DNA from: Trypethelium eluteriae
Lineage: Eukaryota
Length of the DNA stretch: 38,116 nucleotides
Assembly (NCBI GenBank): GCA_051942245.1
Contig: JAVECL010000189.1
Span: forward strand, 1-38,116
Direction of reading: 5' to 3'
Below are positions 1 through 11,054 of this stretch, one piece after another. The translations under genes were made by a program, and so were the position numbers. Under the pieces are notes generated by a model. It made no database searches. It saw only the letters and a list, made by a program, of their open reading frames with translations, and had not been told where the DNA came from. Positions within the stretch are counted from its first letter, which is position 1. The number at the start of each line of letters is the position of its first letter.

Positions 1-28
1 CAATCCTAACACAACTCCCCCCTCCCAG

Positions 29-687
29 ACGCCGCCATGCACGAAGCCGTCGCCGCCATCGCCTCCACCGGCACCTCCCCCCTCGTCCGCATCCCCGGCG
101 CCGAAGGCTGGATGGTGAAACGGGCGCTCGACTCCGGGGCGCACGGGGTCGTCGTGCCGCTGCTGCAAACCGCCGCCGAAGTGACGCAGCTGGTGCGCAG
201 CGCCAAGTTCCCGCCACGAGGGGTGCGGGGGTTCGGGTCGCCGTTCCCGATGGGCGCGTTCTCCGCTGCTGCTGCTGCTGCTAGTAGCTCCGGCGTGGCG
301 GCGCTGTCGCAGTCGGAGTATCTGGCGCAGGCGAACGAGGCGCTGTTGACGATCATCCAGATTGAGACGGCGGAGGCGCTGGGGGCGGTGGACGAGATTG
401 CGGGGATCAATGGGGTGGATGTCTTGTTTGTTGGGCCGTACGATCTCGGGATTAATATTGGGCATCCGATTGTGGAGGGGGTGATCGATGAGGAGTTGAG
501 GGCGGCGATTGAGACGGTGAGGCGGGCGGCGGCGAAGGCGGGGAAGAAGTCCGGCTTCTATTGTACGAGTGGGGCGCAGTCGAGGGAGTATGCGGAGAAG
601 GGGTTTGATATGGTGAGTATCGCAGCGGACATGCAGGCTCTTCCGACGTATATGGGGGCCACGCTGCGAACGGCAAAGGGTGGGTAG
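29..687 (+). CDS. HpcH/HpaI aldolase/citrate lyase family protein (5'-partial; last exon)
   Basis: Motifs PLVRIP, KRALDSGAHG, KFPPRGVRG, IIQIET, DVLFVGPYDL. Window starts inside an intron (CTAAC at 6-10, CAG at 26-28). Stop TAG ends at 687. Confidence 0.9.
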
Positions 688-1332
688 GTGCAGGCGCAGG
701 TATAAGAGATCAAGGTACTGTGCGTGCATTAAGCATCGGATCAATTATTGTGCTGACCGGGAATGGGCGGGTCTTTTCCAAAATGATGAGTTGGCGGCTG
801 CAAGCTTTATGTTTGGAGAATAGATAGATGGGACCGCAAATGTAGATATGATAAGAAGTGTAGTATATACACATATCGAAACTGACAAAAGACCAACAGC
901 GCGTGAAAATGGTATCTAGCAAAAAAGGAGATACAGCATGCACAAATCACAATGCCGCCAGGAATCCAATGTTACTCCGGCTATTATGCGTGTAATTATG
1001 CCTGATGGTATGCCCGTATAATGAATAATGGATCGGGTGTTCGTCTAGGAACTGTATCTGTCGGTGACCTTGTGCAGAGCATTTGTTATGAACGCCGAGG
1101 ACGAAAACGTATTGAAGTAATTCCTGAAAGTTATGTCATCTGAGGGTACAGATGCTTCGGTAATTGGAATCGCGTGAGACGTCAAAATCGAGGTCTCCAG
1201 CACAACTACTAAGCCTTTTGGGAAGCCTCGAAGATAACCAATCCGTGTTGGTAGTGGGAGCACGCTGAATCTTGCGCCCACATATTCTTCGAGATGTCGA
1301 ACAAGATGTCAGTCAACATAACATCCACGACT

Positions 1333-3400
1333 TTAGAACCATCGTCGCCTTCTCCCGCCTCGTTGTGTTTCTGTCGCCCTAGGGGTTCCAGAGCCAGAGC
1401 TATGTCTACTCTCACCACTGTGACGTTCGGCTCCACTGCGCGGTGTAGTCTGACTGCTGTGCTCTTCTCTAGAACCGCTGTCACCACTAGCTCTCTGTCC
1501 CACACTTCCACCCCTGGTGTGGCTGCTACTGCCTCCACTCCTCGAACCACTTCCGCCACTCCGGGGACCACCTTCACCCACCGTGCCACTACCGCGTCGG
1601 TCACTTGCTGGCGGCTGAGGTGTTTGAAATTGAGGTTCTTGCGAGGCACGACTTCCACCGCTATTCGGGTTACCCGGACCCAATTGGGTTGGTGGCGTCC
1701 TTGCCTGAGGTGTATTAGGGTGTTGGCTGGTAGCGCTTCCTCCACGACTGATTCTTGCAGCGCTCGGTGGTGTCCGTTCGTGAGCCCCTCGACGACCGAC
1801 ACTATATCGCGGTTCGCCTAGATAGCCGATGCGAGTCCATTCTTCCGGGGTAGGAGGTAATTCTTTGTCCTTATCTGCCGTTGGCGGACGCAGATGTGGT
1901 GAATCGCGAATCGCGGTTGGGGGTCGTGGGGTACTGCTAGCGGTCCCATAGCTCTCTTGCCTGCGTGGAGAACTACGCCTAGTAGTATTTATGCCTGATG
2001 TCATTGGTCTTGGAGGTGTACTGCTTGGCACACCTCTATCTTGCCTTGAAGGGGAGCCTCTCCGTTGGGTAGTTCGAGATGATGTAGGAGTAGGTTTGGA
2101 AGTAGTGTTGCTTGGCGCACCCCTGTCTTGCCTTGATGGCGGACTTCTTCGCGATGTTGTTCGAGAGGGCGTGGTAGCGGCTTTTGGAGTAGTGCTTGAG
2201 GTTCCCCTGCTATCTTGTCTACGTGGCGGGCTGCTCCGACTTTGCTTCGGAGGAGATTGTCTTGACGAAGCAGCTGTCGGTCGGCCCGGGCTTGAGGCAA
2301 GCCGAGCGCCTTCGCCACCTCTTCTTATCGCTGTGATGTCTTCGGTACCCGAACGTGCTCCACTGTCTCTTGCGCTCCTTTCACCTTGCGTTCCTCCACT
2401 GCTACTGGCCTTAGGCAATCCGCGCTTCATCATGCCTCCAAGCAAACTGACGAGCTCCCGGGCGTCTTCAAACTCCACATCATCCATACCTTCATCTGCA
2501 TTCCAAACGTCTGAAATTGCACGATAAGCTACGCGCCGACTTCGGTCGAATTCCTTCGCACAATCCCAGAGGAAGGCTGAGTGTTCCAGTGCAACTGAAA
2601 GACGAAGCGGATGTGAGCCTGGAAGCAGTGATGAGGCCAAAGATGACGTTGTGGTGAAGGCCGACGTAGTTATGGGAAGAAAGTTGAGAGGCGGAAGAAT
2701 GAATGCGGTACTTGATGGTATCGGTGGTTTTGGAGGCAATCCTGGCGGTCGGGAAGGAGTTTGCGGATTTTGACTCTGAGGTGGAGGCGTGGCACCTGTG
2801 AGAGCATAAGGATTAGTGATGTATGAGATGTCGGACTGAAGTGATGGTATTGCATCGCGTAATGAGGCTTTTTTTCCATGTCGAGATGAACCGTTCTTGC
2901 CGTTGGATGATCTTCGCTGGCCGTTTCTTTGAGGCGGGCTATCCGGATTGTCGGGCGAAAGGGTGATCTGAGAAGGGATACTCAGAGTAGACACTGGAGG
3001 GTTGTTGTGGAAGAGGCAGAAAATGTGGTAGAAGGAGGCGCGTAATTTGCAACTCATGACCCGACATTCATGACCTTGCTCGCCGTTCTGAGTATAAGGA
3101 AGAACGTCCAGCTCGACAATTGACAGTCCCTCGCGTGATAACCATAGAATGTGATGGTAGAGTTGCAGTGATTTCGTATCCCTAGATGGATCAAGCCTTC
3201 GCAGCTTTCGCGCACGTCGGAGCTTCTTTGCAAGCATGACAGATAATCCTAGGACTTGGTGCAAAGCTTTTGAAAGGAATATATCTTTAGTTGCTGTTAT
3301 GTTGGCCAGTCGGCCGAGTATCTTCTGCTCAACATCGCTTGCTGGCTGGTGTGAGCTTCGTTCAATGATATGAGTGTGGTTAGGGAGTCGTACTTGCCAT
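1333..3400 (-). CDS. Atypical fungal 14-3-3-like protein with long Ser/Arg/Pro-rich disordered tail (~671 aa)
   Basis: LPGSHPLRLSVALEHSAFLWD resembles the 14-3-3 motif [21 protein letters not shown]. The ORF-track start at 3411 is GTG. ATG at 3400 plus a 52-nt intron (3393-3342, GTACGA...CTCAC...CAG) gives MATSDVEQKILGRLA in frame. Confidence 0.75.
1912..2238 (-). repeat. About 4 degenerate ~29-aa (~87-nt) coding tandem repeats
   Basis: RSSPPRRQDSRGTSSTTPKAATTPSRTTS / RRSPPSRQDRGAPSNTTSKPTPTSSRTTQ / RRGSPSRQDRGVPSSTPPRPMTSGINTT / RRSSPRRQESYGTASSTPRPPTA. Confidence 0.8.
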
Positions 3401-5983
3401 CTCTCAATCACGTCCCCCCACTGGCTTACGGCGGCCTTCCACTAGATGCTAAATCTAACCATAGCAACTTTATTCTCTGTAGCATGAGGAGAGATGTGAA
3501 CCGCGTAAATATTATGACGGAGGCTCGACCTTTGATGTGGATGCTTTGTCTTGTCGATGTAGACAGGACCGGAAGCAAAAGGCGAAGGCTGGTAGTTTGG
3601 ATTGGTACGGTATCCGAAGTGAGATCACCATTCACACGTGTCGAGCTAAAGATCAGATATCCAAGGAGGGCATAGATTGATTTGGGCGAGATCGAGAAAG
3701 TGATAGAGCACTGACGAGACTGGACTTCGAATCGGTCGTGAGAATTGTCTGCCTCGAATCACAAAGATAATAATTGGCGGGCTATCTTCCAATAGGCGGT
3801 AACAAGACCACTAGAGATGTGATAGGATTCTCAGACGGCTTCAGTCACTTTAAGGAAAATTGTCAGGGTCCGAGCTTGAGTGAAACAACGCCTCTCGAAA
3901 ATATTCGTTCAATTCCGGTTCGATTAAAGTCCAATTGGCGATGATTTTTTACTTCGACAGAATTATCGTACACCGCGATAATCGGGTATCAAGGATGCAT
4001 TATTATTTTACAGATTCGGGACTGACAATGGGTATCAAGCGCGATGGATGATTCTTTTCCCTTTTTTTTGTGATACAGTTCTGTCACCTCGTTAGATTTG
4101 CGTCTGGAGGCTGGATTGGCGTGAGTGGTAACTGACAAGTCAATTGGTGTACATTTGGATACCAGGACCAGGATGTAGGGGAATTATGGAGGGTATGTCC
4201 TATTCGTTGCGGAAACAGAGCTGACTGCCAGGCTGGACCAATGACGAGATTCGGACGGCTACTCTGCAGGAGTAAGAACGGGAGCTAAAGGGCGACGCCT
4301 ACGAGGCGTCAATTGCGAGGTGGCTAGACGAGTGAAGGCTGATAATGACGGACAGCTCATGTCTACGTCGAAAGCTCAGGTGTCCAGCGCGACAGTGGGT
4401 TGCCAGCCAAGTTTGGGCGAAAAGGGTTGATATTGAAGTCTTTCGATGGTGAGGCGGTGAGTGTATGGTCAATGCGCGAACAGCGATGGAGTGCTGAAAC
4501 CAGAACGAGTCTGGGGCTCGTGTAAAACCCCTTGGAACTGACGCCTTGTCCCGCTGCTGGTGTTCGGTGATCCTATGTGCTGTTGTATTCCGTACTTCCC
4601 CAAACCTCAGTGTTGAGGTTCGCGCACCATCGACTTTGTCTGCTGCAGGGGAGAGTAGTTCAGTACGATCTCCCTCGTATTCACGCAGCAATCGCCATCG
4701 TCGGACAGCATAGAGATTGGAAGAGAGATGGAGAAACGATCCGGAAGAGAGCGCAATCTCCAACCCTCTCCTTTCATTGCTCTTGCAGACGCGTGCTGCC
4801 GGCATCCTTGAAGAGGCGGCTTAGGACCCGGGCACTTGAGCATCTTCGGATAACGTGCGTCATGCAGCCTGTTCCTCTGCAGGCGCTGCTACGTGGCCGG
4901 CCTCTAGAGCAGCATCGCAGCCGCTGGAAGAGTTCGCCGACTCGGCCGCTATCTCTGCTCAAAATAGGGTACCTTGGAGGAGGCTAGATGCAGTTAGGGA
5001 TCGCCGCGGGATGGTGTTGACAACGCATCGCTGGACCCCTCCACTCCTTCCACGCGCCTCTCCCTCCTCCCTCGTCCCAGCCTTAATTCTCGTTGACAAA
5101 CCTCAATGGGGCAGGTCTTGGGATTGCCAGCAAAAACTGTCTCAGTATATAGCTCCAATGTTCCCATCAGGCGACCCTCTCTACCGAGACACGGCACACC
5201 ATCGCCATGGCCGTCTGTGTTTACTTGCCAAGCTTACTCGGCACCATCAATCTACATATTGTTGAGAGCATGCGCAGGATAGCATCGGTGATGATGCCGA
5301 ATCAGACCGTCCAGCTCCAGGACCGGCAAGCGATCCTGGCGAATCTGAATGGGGTAAAAAACGGGGTTTCAGACAAGCCATCTTTGCTGTTTGCTGACCA
5401 GCTAGTTGAGCGGTGAAGACAACCTCGAGCCAATCAGGAATTCTCCGACCAACTGGTGACTTCAACCACGCCCAACCTCGTAGAACGCCCACGGCAATGT
5501 ACCACGTACTTTGAGCCACATTTTCTCAAGATTTTGATCAAGGAAATAGATGAAGTTTGACCGGGAATGACGCGGCTACTTCCCAAAATGCGGCATGCAC
5601 GTCATAACCAACGCGTGTAATTTTTCGGTGACCATCACATCCCTCCTTCGTGTGCATGAACCCTACTCCGAGTTAAGATAAATTTTTCCTCAATATACTG
5701 ATACTTGACCGGGGATGAGACGCTCCTCAGGGTAATAATGTAGGAACTTAAGTCGAATGATTCTTTGGATAGATATATTTAATTGAGTGTCTCAAAATGC
5801 GTCAAAGCGACGACGAACTTGTCACCGCTTTATACCACCAACCCCATGAAAGGTAGATCAACCGCGCGCCTATTGGAATGCCCTTACTCCCATACATGTG
5901 TGTACCAAAATGCTCCAGTCGCCGTGCATGACACATTACGGCATTCCCCGGCCAGTGTCCTCTCAGGAACATCCCCACTTTCA

Positions 5984-8756
5984 TTAACCCTTGAGATCAT
6001 ACTCTTCGTTCCACTCCACCTGCTGCGCCATTGCACAAGACAAGAGCCAATCGGGCTTCACAATTCTCGGCCTCATGTCGTGCTTCTCTGCCAGGGCCCG
6101 AAACTTTCCCCACAGCACCGTCTCGTTCTTCCCAGTCCCACTGATTAAATACAGCACATCCTCTTCTTCCTCGCCGCCCTGATTTTGACTCTCGTCCCCC
6201 GCATCCGGCAATGGCTTCCGCTTCGTCACATTCACGCTCTCTCTCCCCTTCCACAGAAAACACTGTCCCCCATTCAAACTGACGATCTCCTTATACGTAT
6301 CGAACCCACCATTGACCGCCTCCGTACAGAAGATCGTCCAGCCTCTCAACAGGCGTCTCTGATTCATCTTGGCACGACCGATCACCTTCGAGATGTGGAA
6401 GCCGAACCGCTCTTTGGTATCGCGATCATTGCCTAAAGCATGGCTAGCAGTTGGTGGGGGGGAGTCATGCTTGATACAGTAGTCGAGGAATGAGGTGTGG
6501 ACGACGAGGGGCCCGGCGGCGAGTGCGGCGACAAACTTGCGGGTGCGCATCACTTTCGGTGCGCAGAGAATGGTGGCTTCGGCAGGATTGCCGGTGAGCA
6601 GTATACCCATGTTGCGGAGTTGTGCCTATAGAGAAGGAGTTAATCCCAATAGAAAAAGACTGTAGTAGTCTGCGAATGCGAGAGAATGCTTGCCTTTAAG
6701 TTAGCCTCCTTCTTGTCGTCTGCGACGTACTCCATGGCGCCGGTCAGAAGCATGCGATGGTCAATAGGTGGAAGTGAGTGCTTCGCTCTCTTCGCCTTTC
6801 CTTTTTCTTTGAATGTTGTCGGTACCTCTTCCCCTTGGTTATCCTCATCGTCTTCTTCGCTCTCGAGATGACTTCTCTTCCTTCCTGCATTGACCTCTTT
6901 TCCTTTCTTTACGTCATCACTCTCGTTCACTCTTCGTCTGCCATGGGTAACACCACCCTTTCTCTTCATTTCTTTCTCGTATAGCGCTATATCGGGCGCT
7001 AAATCATGCATTTTGTTCACTGCACGCTCTTTGGCACCTCGTTTACCCGTCGCAGGGGGTGTTTCATTCTCTTTGCCGGCTGCTGTCTTGTTTGCGGCTG
7101 GTGTGCGCGTCGGAAGAGTCATATTACGAGCGCGGGGTTCCTTACTAGTCAAAGGCGTCGAGTGCTCGCTACCATCGTTTGTCAATTCAGCGAGACTAGA
7201 GCTGAACGATTGTTGCTCCTGCTCTGTTGATTGCCCCTGTTTCTGAGGTGAAGGCTTTTGTAACTGCATGTTCGAGTTCGCTTTTGCCTTTGTAGGACTC
7301 TTTCCGAACCCTTGTTCCGAATGCCACTGCCTCAGCACCTCTCTGTCAATGCCAGTCTTGCCCACCACTTCACCTAGGTTTGTTCGTTTAGGGAAGTGCG
7401 TATATCGAGGATTGCTCAGTGTTTGGACTTGGCATTTTGCATAACTCTCCTCGAGCCAAAGATGATTGACAACGTTGACATTCCATTCTCTTGCCGCATC
7501 GCATTTATCTGAAAGTGTATGCGCTGTGATCAAATGTGTGTTGTTTTGACTTAGGTTACCGGTGAATCGAGCGCCGCTAGCTGCTACCAGATCCTGGAGA
7601 TAGGTCCTAGCATCGCCAGTATAGTTACTGATGCTGATTCGACAATCCTTGAAACAGTCCATGCCATTGCGAGGAATCGGGTAGTGAAGTAGACGCCGCA
7701 TGGGATTTGTCCAAGTGTTTTTCTTCAACATGTGGTATAACCAGAGCAAGGATCCAACAGATTTTCCAGCATGAGACGCATGGATGTAGTCGGATCCATC
7801 CCTATATTGACACACATAGGTATCGGCGCTCGAAATGTTTTCCGTTACATATCCACCAGCCGATCGGATCAGGCCTTCCAAGGTACCGCGAAGTCGAAGG
7901 CCAATGTCAAGATCCTGAGATAATTTGACATTTTGACCGCTAAATATGTCCAGCGCTCTGCGACTTGGACTCGGCGAAGATGCTGGGAAAACGCCTTCCG
8001 GCAATCCCTCTGAGTCTGTCTTTCTGGAAGGAACAAAAGCGTCTTGATTCTCCCTGTGTTTTAGCACAGGGCCAGAGAATTCGGAATTTAAGATTTCTGG
8101 ATCCGGGAACGTATACGGCCGTTCGTCGATTTTCTTCCCCAATTTGAGACAGTCGTCAAACCAATGTGGCAAGACCACCTTGCACTGGGGATTCTTTGTC
8201 TTTGCCTTTTCACATCTGCTATCATCTTCCGTCAGTGCAACAATGTGTGTCACAATACCCGACAAATTGGACGAATATGTTCCTCCCATGGCTAGAACAC
8301 CACCAATAATCGCATCCTTGTCTCCTTCAGGGATGTCCATGCAGTGAAGGACAACATCGGAGAAGAAAAGTCTAGGGTCAGGAGTGAAGCCTCTGGTATT
8401 CGACCGCTTCTGCTTCTGCAGACTGTGTTCAATCCAGGTGGGGGTAATAACTGGTATCAAACTGTCGGCCGCGTTGTCGTAGTCCGGGAAGTCTGAGGTC
8501 GTCGCGATGATATGTGTATACAAATTGACTTCGTCAAGACGACCATGTTTGTTCAGAGGTACGTATTCTGCTCCATTATCCTGGAGGGATTTTATAATCT
8601 ACGTCAGTCAGCATTAAGATTCTACGCGTCCTGTTGGATGTTGCAGACGCGTACTTTGAGTGTAAACTCCTCGTCCAAATCCTCACTGGGAATTACGCCG
8701 AATCGCACACCAACAAAAATCTTGTTCGGGCTTTTCTGAACCCCCTCGTCGGCCAT
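5984..8756 (-). CDS. Multi-BRCT DNA damage response scaffold, Rtt107/Brc1-like (~882 aa)
   Basis: Several BRCT signatures (THIIA...TPTWIEHS, THIVA...LPHWFDDC, THLIT...NHLWLEES, VKPDWLLSC). Exons 8756-8655, 8598-6694, 6625-5984; intron 1 is GT-AG, intron 2 is GC-AG. Confidence 0.85.
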
Positions 8757-9211
8757 GAGACATTACTTGGTCAAGTTTCGTTTGGAGCAGAAATGGGTTG
8801 GGGTGTAAATTCGACTTGCATGTCACGGTTCTAAACGCCGCGCCGCGCTCTCACGTGCATTTGTTTTGTTGTCCGAGCGTCAGGTGCGTCATTGTAAGAG
8901 GTACTCTAAACCTCGGGCCGACCCGAATACTTTGGAGAGGGATCATTGAGATCATGTCACCTGCAGTATGTCGCCTCAACATCGTTTCCCTGCTATTGTT
9001 TCATGTCGTCCGTGCTTCCAGAGACCTGTGATATCATTCGTTTGGGCTCGATGGATTGAAGTGGTCTGGTTACGAAGTACCGCCCACCAATCTCTGCATC
9101 CTCCTTGACACCGACTGGCATATAAAGACTTATATCGTATCAAAACCTTGCTCATTGAACGGTTGTTCCCTCTGATTCGACATTACCGAACAGCTCCATA
9201 AGCCGTTTGCT

Positions 9212-10623
9212 ATGTCCGCCCAAAAGTTTCGAATACGAGAGCATGTGCTTCCAGGCCAACACATTCGGCATTATCCACGTTCAACAGCCAACAAGCAAGA
9301 AGATCTCATCAAGTTCGTTATCAAGCAATACATACCTCTGAGAAATGCCGACCCCCCCGAAGGAAGTATAACAATACTCGCCGCCCACGCCAATGGCTTT
9401 CCTAAGGTAAGATCCAAGCATTTACTCCTGGAGGGCTGCAAATAAATATCCTTCTAGGAATTGTACGAGCCACTATGGGATGAGCTACTGGACCAGTCAC
9501 GGCATTACGGAATCTCAATACGAAGTATTTGGATTGCGGACGTTTCTTTTCAGGGGGCAAGTAGTGTTGTCAATGAAGGCTTATTGGGAAATGACCGTAA
9601 GTCTTCAGATTAAACGACACAGGTATAATCTGACGCTCCAATTTAGCCTCTTGGTACGACCATTCTAGAGATATGCTCCAAATGGTCAATCATTTTCGTG
9701 AGGAAATGCCACGGCCCATCGTAGGCATAGGTCACAGCATGGGAGGCAATAATCTCGTCAATCTCTCTCTAATACACCCTCGATTACTAGAGACCATAGT
9801 CTTGATCGACCCAGTAATTCAAAGATATGCTTCAATGCAAGGTAACTATGGTCCAGCGCAAGCGTCGTCTGGTCGCAGAGATCGTTGGCCTTCAAGAGCT
9901 GCCGCGGCTGCTGCCTTCAAGCGGAGCAAGTTCTATCAGAGCTGGGATCCTCGTGTACTCGACCTTTGGGTCCAACATGGCCTGCGAGAATTACCCACAG
10001 CTCTGTATCCCGACTCAAGCTCAGAGCACTCGTTAAAAACCAGCCTAGAGGATACTGAGCCTTCCAGGAGAACCGCTGGGTCGGAACAGAAAGAGGTCAC
10101 TCTTAAAACGACGAAACATATGGAGGTTTTCACATTTATGCGACCCAATTGGAACGTCGATCCTAATGGGAGAACGCATCCAGATGTACCAGTAACAGAT
10201 AGCCAGTCCTCACCGTTCTATAGGCCTGAACCACTCATTACTTTCGGTCAGCTGCCTCACCTACGACCTCCGGTGATGTACATATTTGGCAGTGAGTCAG
10301 CAATGTCAGCTCCCCAACTGCGTGCCGATAAACTCATCAACACTGGGACGGGTATTGGCGGAAATGGTGGGATCAAAGCAGGGAATGTAAAGGAGGTCGT
10401 GTTTGACAAAACAGGACATCTTATCCCCATGGAGAAGGTAAGTGAGACAGCGCAGACTTGCGCCGAGTGGCTTTCAGAGCGTGCAGGGAAGGGGTGGCAA
10501 GAGCTCGAGAGACAAGAAGCAGAAGAATGGGACAGACTGTCTCTCCGAGAGAAGACGACAATGAGCGAGGAATTCTTAGCGAAGATACAGGGCGAGGACT
10601 GGTTGGGAAAGTCAAAGCTATGA
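9212..10623 (+). CDS. Alpha/beta hydrolase with C-terminal PTS1 (SKL), probably peroxisomal (~436 aa)
   Basis: HANGFPKE, GHSMG nucleophile elbow, GHLIPME catalytic His, ends -SKL*. Introns 9407-9457 and 9597-9646 join three ORF pieces in frame. TATAAA at 9121. Confidence 0.88.
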
Positions 10624-11054
10624 AGTATCAGAGCGCAGAGGTTCAGCCATGTACAAAAAATTCTTAATTATAGCAACGTTATCATACTGCGAAGTGATAT
10701 GACAGATGTTCAGTCAGTTCCACGAGAAAATCTAAAATCTAGCAGACGATTACAGGGATGTTGAGTTGGTGCGATATGATGCAGGTGTCAGAGCGTCAAG
10801 TTTTGTGGACACGAGACAGCGCGGGGAGATTCACCGACAATCACGAACCTGCACGCCAACGCCGCGCCCAATGAGACCTTTTACGTTTCGAAACTTGGAC
10901 TTCTGAATTCTCAATCTCTCACACTCGCAGAGCTCTCATAGCTTGATGGCTCTCTTGACTCGCCATCCATAACCTCAATCCTACAAGTGCTTCGCCGATG
11001 CCCACAAACAGTCGTGAACCTCTTATCCGGGCCTAACATAGGCTTCCACTCACC

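Noticed and set aside
1209..2527. Long alternative-frame and antisense ORFs over the 14-3-3-like tail
   Set aside because: Expected shadow ORFs of low-complexity coding sequence; no motifs.
3430..5700. Several 60-170 aa ORFs and a U1-like ATACTTGACC near 5701
   Set aside because: No family motifs or consistent splice model, and the U1 similarity does not extend; probably UTR or intergenic sequence.
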